DNA from: Eledone cirrhosa
Taxonomy: Eukaryota
DNA length: 64,000 nucleotides
Reading direction: 5' to 3'
Assembly (NCBI GenBank): GCA_964016885.1
Contig: OZ024747.1
Span: 91,946,001-92,010,000, forward strand
Shown: piece by piece, positions 49,112 to 59,632 of the stretch
Layout of the letters: every line of letters begins with the position of its first letter
Position numbering within the stretch: the stretch's first letter is position 1
Position numbers and translations under genes: made by a program
The notes under the pieces: model-generated
What the model saw: the letters and a program-made list of their open reading frames with translations, nothing else
Database searches by the model: none
Told to the model about the DNA's origin: nothing

Positions 49112-49173
49112 TTTTATCTGACGAGGACGTACTAAAAAAACAGCACAGTACCTTCGAAATATATATAATAAAA
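49112..49173 (+). ncRNA. Minimal type-I hammerhead ribozyme (Penelope-like-element type)
   Basis: Stem I UUUUAU(49112-17)/AUAAAA(49168-73); core CUGACGA; stem II GGACGUACU/AGUACCUUC (8 of 9 pairs); GAAA; palindromic stem III UAUAUA; UA cleavage site at 49166-67. Confidence 0.7.
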
Positions 49174-49386
49174 CATATATTTTGATTATGTGAATGTCTT
49201 CATTTATTATTGTTCATTTCTATATATAATATTATTTTTGTTCATTTGTATATATATATTAATTCTGAGTGTGTTCTGTTATTAATTCTGGCAATATTAC
49301 ACAAATATGACCCTCCCCAAGTATAACAATATTTGTTTCGACACACGATTTCATATAAAAAACCTCGCAAAACTAATTCATCGCCG

Positions 49387-49429
<43 letters not shown>

Positions 49430-49802
49430 TCTTTTATATCCTCCCTCACCCATAAACGGTGAAATATGTATACTCCACTAGACATATTCACAGTCTCACA
49501 AAAACTTAATATCATATAAAGTTAGATACATTCAGACAGATGCCGTCTATTCCTCCATGAAAAGCATAGATAAACAAATATATATACTGAGAAGCACCTA
49601 CGTCTATTAAGAAATATTTAGTCTGCTTTTAACAGATAACGCTTATATATATATATTAGTAAGTGAAACAGAATCCCACCCTTATCATTTTCCAGATGAT
49701 TTATTTTCTATGTGTGCTTGAGTGTTTCTTAAGATGCAGTGGCAAGGAATATATAAAATGTTACTGGAGTTATATACTGCATCACTACTCAGATATTATG
49801 AT

Positions 49803-50340
49803 TCTTCTTCTTCTTCTTCTCAAATACAACTTCCAGTGGGTCCTATAAGAAGCAACTTTCTCTAATTGGTACAGCTGGATCATAGTTGAGACCAACTGAG
49901 TTCATGAATGTTATCCTACCATCTTGAACATGGTCTACCTCTGGGTCCCCTGTCGGCTGGTTTTGCCCGTAAATCTTTCCAACGATTCTTTCCTGAGGCA
50001 TCCTATCCACATGCTCATAGTATCGGAGCTTTGATCTCTCAATTCAGAGAGCGGTGGCTCTACATGAAGCAACTACTTGAACTCCGAGCTAAGCACTCTA
50101 TCGAGTAACGTTACTCCAAAGACCCATCGGAGGAGCCCCATTTCGGCCGCTTGTATTCGCAATCATGTTCTTTCGGCCTTGATTCATAACCATAGATAAG
50201 GCTAGGCACGAACACCGAATTAAAGATAGCGATTTTGGCTTTAACACTAACCTCTTTTCTCCTGATGATCGAATACTGAAGCTGTCGCATTATGGCAACA
50301 ATTCATGCAATCCTTGCACTTAATCCAACCTCCTGCCTTC
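49803..50340 (-). pseudogene. RTE-clade (Rex3/Expander-like) LINE 3' fragment with (GAA)n tail
   Basis: Minus translation ..KEVSVKAKIAIFNSVFVPSLIYGYES..RIQAAEMGLLRWVFGVTLLDRV..IERSKLRY; (CTT)n at 49803-49818. Confidence 0.82.
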
Positions 50341-51207
50341 CATAATTCGTGAAAACGGTTCTGAGACATAGTAAATATTTTGTAAATTTTTCAGTGAACT
50401 GAAACAAAGGTATCGACGTGACCATACATATGATTTGTAACTAGTTAAACTTTAGCATGATTCAGACATATAAAGAAAGAATAGAAAGAACTACATGGGA
50501 AACATATAGTTCTGAACTGCAACCGTCTTTCTTTATTAACAACAAATGCTGTTGTTGATATTTTCTCTGGCACAAATAGTTTCCCTTTTTGTGCACCTTT
50601 CCCATTCCTGTTCTCTAAAAAAATCACTTTGCATTGTAATTTAAGCACAAAGTCAACTATTTTGCCGGGAGGGTAAATCTACTCTTTAAATCCTTGTAAT
50701 AATTTACTGGTACTTTATTTTATTTACTCCAAAATGAAACACAAAGTTGACCTCACCGAAATTTGAACTCAATTGTAAAGACCTAAAACTAACATCACAA
50801 TAGCAATTTATAATATTTGTAAAGAACTAATGTCAATGTAGTCTCCTTTCCTCTCCTGATAAAATTCTTGGCCATCTGTCTAAATTAGAAATTATTATTT
50901 CTCATCGGATTGTCAGAATTAATAGATTGCCGGGAAAATAACTTTTGGTATTTAGTTAGAATGTATTACTTCCTAAATTCAAGTCCGGCTGGGAAGACCT
51001 TTGCATTTTTTCTTCAGGGGTCGATAAAATAAAATATCAGTCAAGTACTGAAGACATTCTTGTTGATTTCCCCTTCCATATAAATTGATGAAATTGTGCA
51101 TGAATTATAAATAGTTATCCTCTCTACATTTTTTAATATATCATCTGCGTACTTGAAGAATGTTATCAGGTATAATAAAGAAATGCCTTATATATATATA
51201 TTATAAT

Positions 51208-51398
51208 AATTGTTTCTACATATGGCACAAGGCCAGAAATTATTCCAGTGCATTACTGGTACCTTATTTTATCGACCTCGTAAGGATGAAAGGCAAAGTT
51301 AACCTCGACAGGATTTGAACTCAGATAGTAAATGACCGTAACTCTATGCTGCAAAGCATGGTGTTCGACCTTCTACCGATACTGCCAATCCAACACCC
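51208..51398 (-). mobile_element. Full-length main-family SINE
   Basis: Same motifs as the other copies. Confidence 0.9.
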
Positions 51399-51418
51399 TG
51401 CAACGTCGGTTATACTCA

Positions 51419-51527
51419 TTGCCTTTCATCCTTACGGGGTCGATAAAATAAAGTACCAGTAATGCTCTGGGTAATTGCTGGCCTTGTGCCAAAAGTAGAA
51501 ACAATTATTATTGTTATTATTATTGTT
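51419..51527 (+). mobile_element. 5'-truncated main-family SINE whose (ATT)n tail abuts Dong copy A
   Basis: ttgcctttcatcc...gtagaaacaattattattgttattattattgtt. Confidence 0.9.
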
Positions 51528-53704
51528 CTTTGAGTCTCAGTCATTGATGTTAGTTAACTGGAAACTTTGTTGAAATGAATATCAAGCCACTACCTGCAGC
51601 CTCAGATATTCAGGACGTATCGGAGGGTTCTTGCTGTTCCTAGCAAGCATACCCTTTGAAGCGTTCCAAAAAGCGTGGTGGGGCCAATTTTCTTTAACCA
51701 TCCCTGGAAACTTTTTGAGATAGTACCTAGTGCGCCTATGACACTTTGACTTCATGGTGGTTCCAAATCCTTTTTACCTCCCACTTTAAGTCCTGGTATC
51801 GGATAATTTTTTCCCTCTCCTTCTCTTGCACTCTCGTGTCGAATGGGCAGGCCACATCCACAATCAGGCACGATCTTTTTTCCTTGACCACAACCACCAG
51901 GTCAGGTCTATTGTGTTCCAGTTTCTTGTCCGTCTGTATCCTAAAATCCCATAGCACCTTCACCTGATCGTTTTCTATCACCGACTCTGTTTTATGCTCA
52001 TACCACTTCTCAGAATGTGGTAAATTGTTTAGTTTGCATAGATGCCAGTGGATCACCCTGCCTATCACATCATGTCGCCAGCCTTTATAGTGAGTCTGGG
52101 CTAGGTGTTTACACTCGGATACAATGTGAGCCACAGTCCCCTCTCTCTCTCCACAGATCCTGCACAGTGGGCTAGCCTCCTCCTTGCAATTATGGTGTTT
52201 CAACCACTTCGTTTTGAGGGCCTGCTCTTGCGCAGCCATTAGCAGTCCTTCTGTAGCCTTTTTAAGGTCTCCTCTTTTCAACCAGTTCCATGTCTGTGGA
52301 TCTCTGAATTCAGTTTTCTCAAAGAAGGTACTATGAAGGGATTTTTCATGAAGGCTGCTCTTTCTCCTTGTTGTTATTTCCTCCTTGGACATCCACTGGT
52401 CTATTGTCCTCTCCTTCAGTACAATTCTGAGCATTGGCTCCTTACTATCAGTCACGTATTTGTGTAGGTTGTTTTTCTCCATCTGAACACAGTCCTCTAT
52501 GCTGATAAGACCTCTTCCACCTTCAGATCTCCTTAAGTAGAGTCTATCGACATCACTCCTCTCGTGGAAAATGTTGTAGATAGTCAATAGCTTCCTAGTC
52601 TTCCTATCCATTTCATTTTGTTCAGCAACATTCCATCTCAGAATTCCCGCACTGTACCTAATAATAGACACAGCTCGGGAATTTACTGCACTTATGGCAT
52701 TCCTACTGTTCATGTGTGACTTTAATACGCTCCTTACTCTCCGAATGTATTCAGATCTTATCAATTCCTTCATTTTTTTGTTCTTGATATGATCAGTTTC
52801 CAGAACACCCAAATACTTGTATCCTTCTTCCGTGTCAATTTCCTTTATCATCTCACCTGTTGGTACCTGGATTCCGTTGCTTCTGCTCAATTTACCCCCT
52901 CTTCATCACAAGGACTCCACACTTACTAATACCAAATTGCATACATATATCATTGCTGAAAATACGGACAGTGTCAACAAGCACATCCAACTCCTTCTCA
53001 CCCTTCCCGAAGAGCTTAAGATCGTCCATGAAGAGGAGGTGATTGATGGTAAGCTCTCCTTTTCCCAACTTGTATCCTGCTCTCATTTTTCGCAGTATAA
53101 TGGTCAGGGGCATCAGGGCAAGGACAAACAACAGAGGGGACAGACTATCTCCCTGGAAGATACCTCTCTTGATCTTCACGCCTCCTCCCAAGGATTCTCC
53201 AGCTGATGTTAACTCTGTTTTCCAGGACTTCATACTTTTGCCCAACAACTGTCTGATGTTATCTGCCACCTTGAAGATCTCTAGGCTTTTGGTGATCCAA
53301 GAATGAGGCACCATGTCAAATGCCTTTTTGTAGTCTATCCATCCCATGGCAAGACCAGTGTGTCTCCTCTTGCAATTCCTCATTACCATCTTATCAATAA
53401 GTAACTGGTCTTTTGTACAACGGGACTACTTTCGGCATCCTTTCTGTTCGTCCGGTAACAAGTTGTTTGTGTGGAGGTGATGGTAGATTTCCTCAGACAT
53501 AATGCTTGTCAACAGTTTCCACATTACGGACAGACATGTGATAGGTCTATAGTTGGTAACATCATTACCCTTGATTCGGTCTTTCATTACCAGAACTGTG
53601 GTACCTTTTGTCAACCAATCTGGTACCTCACCTGACATCAAGCAGTCATTGAACATGGTTGTCAGTTTCGGGTGGAGGGATGTTATATTTTTAATCCAAT
53701 ACCC
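51528..53704 (-). mobile_element. R4/Dong-clade non-LTR retrotransposon, copy A (5'-truncated, disrupted RT-RLE ORF)
   Basis: [49 protein letters not shown]. Stop near 53426, frameshift near 52890, 10-bp deletion near 51742. (ATT)n on both sides. Confidence 0.92.
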
Positions 53705-53934
53705 AATTATTATTATTATTATTATTGGCGACCTACGTAGTAAATCGTATCATTGTGAGCTCCGCAAAGGTTTGTTATTTCCGTTTGTTAAAAATTGCCA
53801 TTTATGGAAAATTTTATTGTTAACTGTTTATAAGCACACCTACATTGTTTTCCGAAAAGGACACCCAAAAAGAATGGGGCCTTGTGCCCAAAATTTTAAC
53901 TTTTATTATTATCAAAAAATTTCTTTGAAAAAAA

Positions 53935-55917
53935 ATGGCTAATTCACCTCTGCACGAAGCAGCTGAAAGCCTTCCTCACAAAATAACACCTAACACCGAC
54001 ACCACCATTGTAAATGTTACTACGTTTGCCAACAAAAAAAAAATATAAGCAGTAGCAATATTTTAAATTTGTCTCAGGCAGACATTCATTTCCCGCCATT
54101 ACCAATGACTGCAGGTGTTAAAGCCTCCACCACCACCATCACCGCGACAACCACCACCCCCACCACCACCGCGACAACAGAAACAAAAGAAGAAAAAAAT
54201 AAATTAACTCGTGATGTCGAAATGAAATCAAGCAAAATGGACTCTTCCCCACCAAAGACGACTGACGTCACCACCACCACAACTGAAACTAAAGTTAATA
54301 TTAACACAAATAACGATAGCAACAACAACAGCAATGACATTATAAAACCGACCCTCAGTTTCGCCATAGTAGCAAAACAGTTCGAAGCATTTACGGTAAC
54401 TCAGGAGGATTTAGAAAATGCCAAACAAATGGTAAAGAAAGATGGGTACAGGGTAAGCCTCACCCCCCCCCCCCCACCCCACCCCCCACCTAATAAAATG
54501 GAGCATCGGCGCCTATGCACCGTGTCGTATAGAACAATAAATGTAAAATCGCGCCGAGTGGAACGGGCATCCGAGTCCCAAATCCAAAAAGCTTTGGGAC
54601 ATGTGTGGGCAAGAAAAACCCACATCAGACGTGGGCAAAAGTATGGAACCGTGGACGTGTTCTTTGAAACACCAGAGGAGGCTAGAGAACACTCCATGGC
54701 CCCATTAAGAAGTGACGACTTCACACTCGTCCCAAGCTATTGTGGCCAGAGACTCGTAAAGATCAGGGTGACCCACGTTCCACCGGCCATCGAAATTCCC
54801 TGGCTAATAGCGGCTGTCCTCGCCGGCATCGAAGCCAACACGAAAATAATAGCAATAGCAAAAGAAAAGCAGGAGAACTGGTCCGGATCTGGGATGGAGC
54901 TCCTGATCCAAGCGGACCAAAAAAGCATTGAGGAGATCCCAGAGGTAATAGACCTCACAGACGGCAGCCACCTCACGGTAATTGTCGAGGGCAGAAGACC
55001 TAGGTGTGTCGTTTGTGGTGAAGGAACCCACCTAAGGGCTTTCTGCCCTCAGGCTAAAAGGTTGAGGCCACCTCTCCTACCCACCCCAGTGACACAACCA
55101 TCAACACCACCAGTAGCAGAGATGGCAGCAACAACTGTAGCAGCAACAACAGAAGCAACTATAACAGCAACAACCCCAGCAACAGTAGCAAAACCAACAC
55201 CACCACCACCACCAGCAAAACCAACACCACCACCACCCAACGCTTCAGAACTAGCACCAGCGCCTACACCATCCACCACGCCACAACCAAAACTAACGGC
55301 TGTGGAGGATTTTCCACTCCCCGGCCTATCACAACTGGAGACAGATTGTGACGACGAGGAGTGGGAAACGATATCCGGAAAAAAAAAAGAAACCAAAAAA
55401 GAAAAAATTCTCTTCCTTCCCCCTCCAAAAACAAAATACAGAGGGAAACAAATAAATTAAGAAACAAAAAAGTTAGGACAGATATGCCACCATCCAAACA
55501 CCAACACCATCACCATCATTAACCCCAACACCACCATCACCTACACCACAAAAGTCACCAAAATCCGAAACAGAAACAAACCCACAACAAACGCAAACAA
55601 AACAAAACAACCAAAACGATACACACTACACAGCATTAAATTTGAACAACAAGCAATTATTACACTACATCCAACACAACACCAGCATCACAGAAAAAGA
55701 CTACACAACAACCCCAAAATTCACACCACCTCCACACATACAAATCACTCGCATCACACAGAAAACGTACATGACACTAAAACAAAAATTCCCCAAAGAC
55801 ATCGGAGACTTCCGACAAGTACTCTCCAGGAGGATTTATAAGGACATCCTTCCTGAGGAGGCCACAAGCAGTGAAAAGGATGGAAAAACCGTCCTTCCCC
55901 TACGAGAAGTAAGGTAA
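53935..55917 (+). pseudogene. Tx1 ORF1 (nucleic-acid-binding, CX2CX4HX4C knuckle, Pro/Thr-rich linker); frameshifted
   Basis: Main block 54069-55460 contains CVVCGEGTHLRAFC. An upstream ATG at 53935 and a downstream frame ending at 55917 are separated by A-run frameshifts. Confidence 0.78.
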
Positions 55918-55951
55918 GTGGTCTTTCCCATCTTTTCTACTCCTTTTCAAC

Positions 55952-58900
55952 ATGACCTCACTCAGAATAGGGAGCATAAATGCGCGTGGCTTGGGGTCGT
56001 CATGGAAGCAGGGCCACCTGCTCAACGACCTCAGGTCACTAAACATAGATGTAGTGGCCAGCAGCGAGACCAGAATCTCCGAAGCACAGGCTTTCGCACC
56101 GATCTTCGGCGGCTACGATGTGTACGCATCTCCCAGCCGTCCGGGATCGGGGGGAGGAGTTGCTGTGCTTTTTCTGAGAGGTTTGGATCTTGCCATACGG
56201 GCCATATTCCTGGACCCAGAAGGTAAGTTGGTGGTGCTGGACGTGACCAGCGGAGACGGCCAAGCTTTCAGGTTAGTGGCCGTCTATGCCCCGACAGGAG
56301 CAGGGCGGCCTTATTTCTTCCGGCGTCTGGAGACCTTTCTTGGAACGTCCCGCTCTTTAGTGTTAGTGGGCGACTGGAACGGGATCTTAGATGCACGCTG
56401 GGATTGTGTGGGATTAGTGGATAGGGAAGGAGGGTGCAAGAGTCTCACCAACCTGCTCAGACGTTTTGAACTGTCTGACAGGTACCGAATGGATTTCCCG
56501 AATGTACCAATGTGGACTTGGACAAATCGCATATGGTCATCCAGATCATATCTAGATAGAGTATTTTGTAGGGAAATAGATAGGTCTAGCATAGGCTGTC
56601 CACAATTCAAGATAGTCAGCTACACGGACCACAAATTCGTGATCTGTGTGCTTGACTTAGATAGGCTTCATAGACGAGGATCCGGCTACTGGAAGCTAAA
56701 CGCGTCCTTACCAGCGCGCAAGGCCTACAGAGACCGGATTAGCGAACTAGTTAAGCGGGCGTTGACGGGGGCCATCGTCAACAACAAGTGGTGGTTTGCT
56801 CTGAAAAGAGCAATTAGAATAGAGTCCATTAGGTTTAGTAAGACTTTAGCAATAGAGAAAAATAGAGCAGAGGGAAAATTAGTTAGAAAATTAGATGAGG
56901 CGCTTAGCAAAGGCATCGCGACCGACGTACTTGCGGCGAAATTGGCCCTTGACCAATTCTTCAATGCAAAGCACGAAGGCTGCGTTGTCAGAGCTAGGGT
57001 GCGTGCTCTCAGACACGAGGGGACGAAAGCCGTTCAATGGGCCCGAGTGGCGGAGGCGCGTCGTGGCAACAAAGCCACGATCCGGTCTTTGGTGGACCAC
57101 GACGGGCGTATGCTACTCGATCCCGGGCAAATGTGTGAAGCTTTTCAGCGACACTTCGCTCGACTGTTCGGGGGCAGTGGCGGGCCGGGTCGAGGGATGG
57201 ACTTTAGTGTCTACCTCGACGGACTGCCGCGGCTTTCGGCCACTGAGGCGGAGTGTTGCGAAAAGCCGATAACAACCGCTGAAGTACGGGATGCAATGAC
57301 TAGTTGCACAAGGGGTAAATCGCCTGGTTTGGATGGTCTGCCCTATGAACTTTACGTACAAATGCCAAACTTGTTCGGAGGCCTCTTGGCGGACGTCTAC
57401 TGCAACTGGCAACAGAACGGGAGAATTCCCAGCTCTGTGAGCCGAGGAGCGGTGGCGCTGCTGAGAAAGGATCCGAAAAAGGGGGATAACATAGATAATT
57501 TTAGGCCCATAACTCTGCTAAACACAGAGTTCAAGATTTTGGCCAAGGTGCTAGCAAAGAGGTTGGCGCTTGTCGTTGGTGGTCTGGTGGGAGAGGCGCA
57601 GACATGCGCCATTCCCGACAGATCCATCCACGACAACCTCCACCTCATGCGATACATCGTAGAGAGGGTAGCTAGGGAACCTGGCACGGGTGGGTCTTTG
57701 ATCAATTTAGATCAGTCGAAAGCCTTCGATAGGGTCAACCATCGTTACCTAGCGGCAGTCCTGAGGGCGGCTGGCTTTGGGCCCGTCTTCAGAGGCTGGA
57801 TCGCTGCCATGCACAGCGACATCTGCTCTGTAGTGAGAGTGAACGGTCACCTTTCGGAACCGTTCAACATCATGCGCTCGGTCCGCTAAGGATGTCCCCT
57901 CTCATCCCTATTGTACGTATTGACTCTCGAGCCATTACTGCACAAACTGGAGACGTTGAAGGGGTCCCGCGCGAACTAGGATGCGGAAGATCCGTGTCAG
58001 CATATGCCGACGATGTCACCGTAGTGGTGTCGAACGCCAAACACATCGAGGCGATCGGCACTACACTAAGAGAATACGAAGCGGTGACAGGAGCAATGAT
58101 CAACCAGGAAAAGTCAGTGGGCCTGCAGCGGCACCTGGAGAGGCAGGTCCATGCCGTCCAACAGCGTCGTCGGGCGCTGGACGGACGGACCGGTTAAATT
58201 GCTAGGGGTCTGGTTCGGTCCAGACCTCCAGACGGACAAATACTGGGACGAGGTGACGAGCAGGGTGGCTTCTCTCACCCAGAAATGGGCGGAGAGGAAG
58301 CTATCCCTGAAAAGTCGAGCGGAGGTGGCGAATGCGTACATCGCATCCGTCATCTACTACCGCCTGACCGTCGTACCTTGTCCTAAGCCCCGCCTGACTG
58401 CGCTGGAGCGTTTGCTCTTTCGCTTCTTGCGGAAGGGACGCGCTCCGATGGTCAGGCGGTCTCTCTGCTGTCAACACCCGCTACGTGGAGGGCTGGGCAT
58501 GCCGTGGCTGATGATGCGCAGACACGCGCTCAGGCTACGACATCTCCACCTCTTCCTCGACGGTGATTAGGTGTGGTCGCCGTTTGCTAGACACGTTTTT
58601 CCCCAGCTCGTCTCCTTGACGGAGCTGCAGTCCTGGGTCAAACGAAGACCGAGAGGGAGCGCTTGGAATGTCTTCAGGCGCTCACAGCCCTAGACCAATC
58701 GGGCAATATGATCGGTGGAAACTCCACCTTGGCGTTCTATAGGGGATTAGTGGAGGGGAAGAGCGACGACGTACTTGGAGAAACTCTAGGCGTCGACGAA
58801 AATCAACTAGCCAATCTCTTCGGAAGGACTTTCGGGCCGGGGCCTATGGACAACTTCCAGAAATCCCTGGCCTGGCAGTGCTACCGAGGAGCTTTGCCAG

Positions 58901-59361
58901 TTCGGGATAAACTCTACAGGCATGGAGGTGCCGTCAGCCGGGCATGTCCGAGATGCGCACAGGGCGACGAAACCGTGCTGCACGCACTCGTCCAGTGTCC
59001 GAGCATTGCTGACTTGTGGGTTTATGTCGAACACCTGCTGTCACGTGTAGGACGGATCCAGCTATCAGCTGAGTCCATCGTGAGGATTGCCCCGCCCCCT
59101 TCCTTTAGCCGGGAAGGGCAGGCAGTTTTTATCTGTCTGGTGGCCATGGCGAAAGAGATAGTATGGTGGACACGTTTGAAAGGGCTGAAGACGAGCACTT
59201 ACCTCTTCGGTGATGCCCTGATTAACTTTTTCAAATTTTATTTGAAAAGGAAAATCAGGGTAGAGAGGGAAGTGCTCTCTTCCCAGCATTTTGTTGAAAG
59301 ATGGGTGAGAGAAGCAAGTATGGCCCGAATGAATGGGCCTTCTCTGAGTATGTGTCTGTAA
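55952..59361 (+). pseudogene. Tx1 ORF2: APE endonuclease, reverse transcriptase, C-terminal CCHC
   Basis: SINARGL, SSETR, GGVAVL, VYAP, GDWN, YLDRV, TDHK, GYWKLN, KSPGLDGLP, FRPITLLN, DQSKAFDRV, VR*GCPLS (stop at 57887), YADD, CPRC..ETVLHALVQC. Several frameshifts. Confidence 0.93.
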
Positions 59362-59632
59362 ATTAAAGGTGGAAAACTGGGAGAGGGCACTTGCCCTGGT
59401 GGTCAGGGCCACTGTGGTCTTTTAATGGGCTTTCTCCACAAATGTCCCTCGGAAGTCTCCCCCCTATTGGGGAATTTTTCTTTGTTATTTTATTTCAACC
59501 TCTGTTTTTTTTACACGCAGAAATGCCCATTTGTACCGTCCTGCATTGTCCTGTACTGTCCTTAATGTCTACTTTATGTAAACCCTTGTGGTTAATAAAG
59601 AAAACATTATTATTATTATTGTTATTGTTATT

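Larger units (their letters stand above)
53727..59632 (+). mobile_element. Full-length Tx1/L1-clade LINE inserted in (ATT)n
   Basis: 5' UTR follows (ATT)n; ORF1 with gag-type knuckle; ORF2 APE-RT-CCHC; 3' UTR with AATAAA and (ATT)n tail. Confidence 0.92.

Noticed and set aside
50700-51115. Additional very old SINE copies (also ~28240-28310, 28930-29045, 35900-35990, 25120-25240)
   Set aside because: Recognisable only by fragmentary motifs; boundaries cannot be set reliably, so they are not listed as features.
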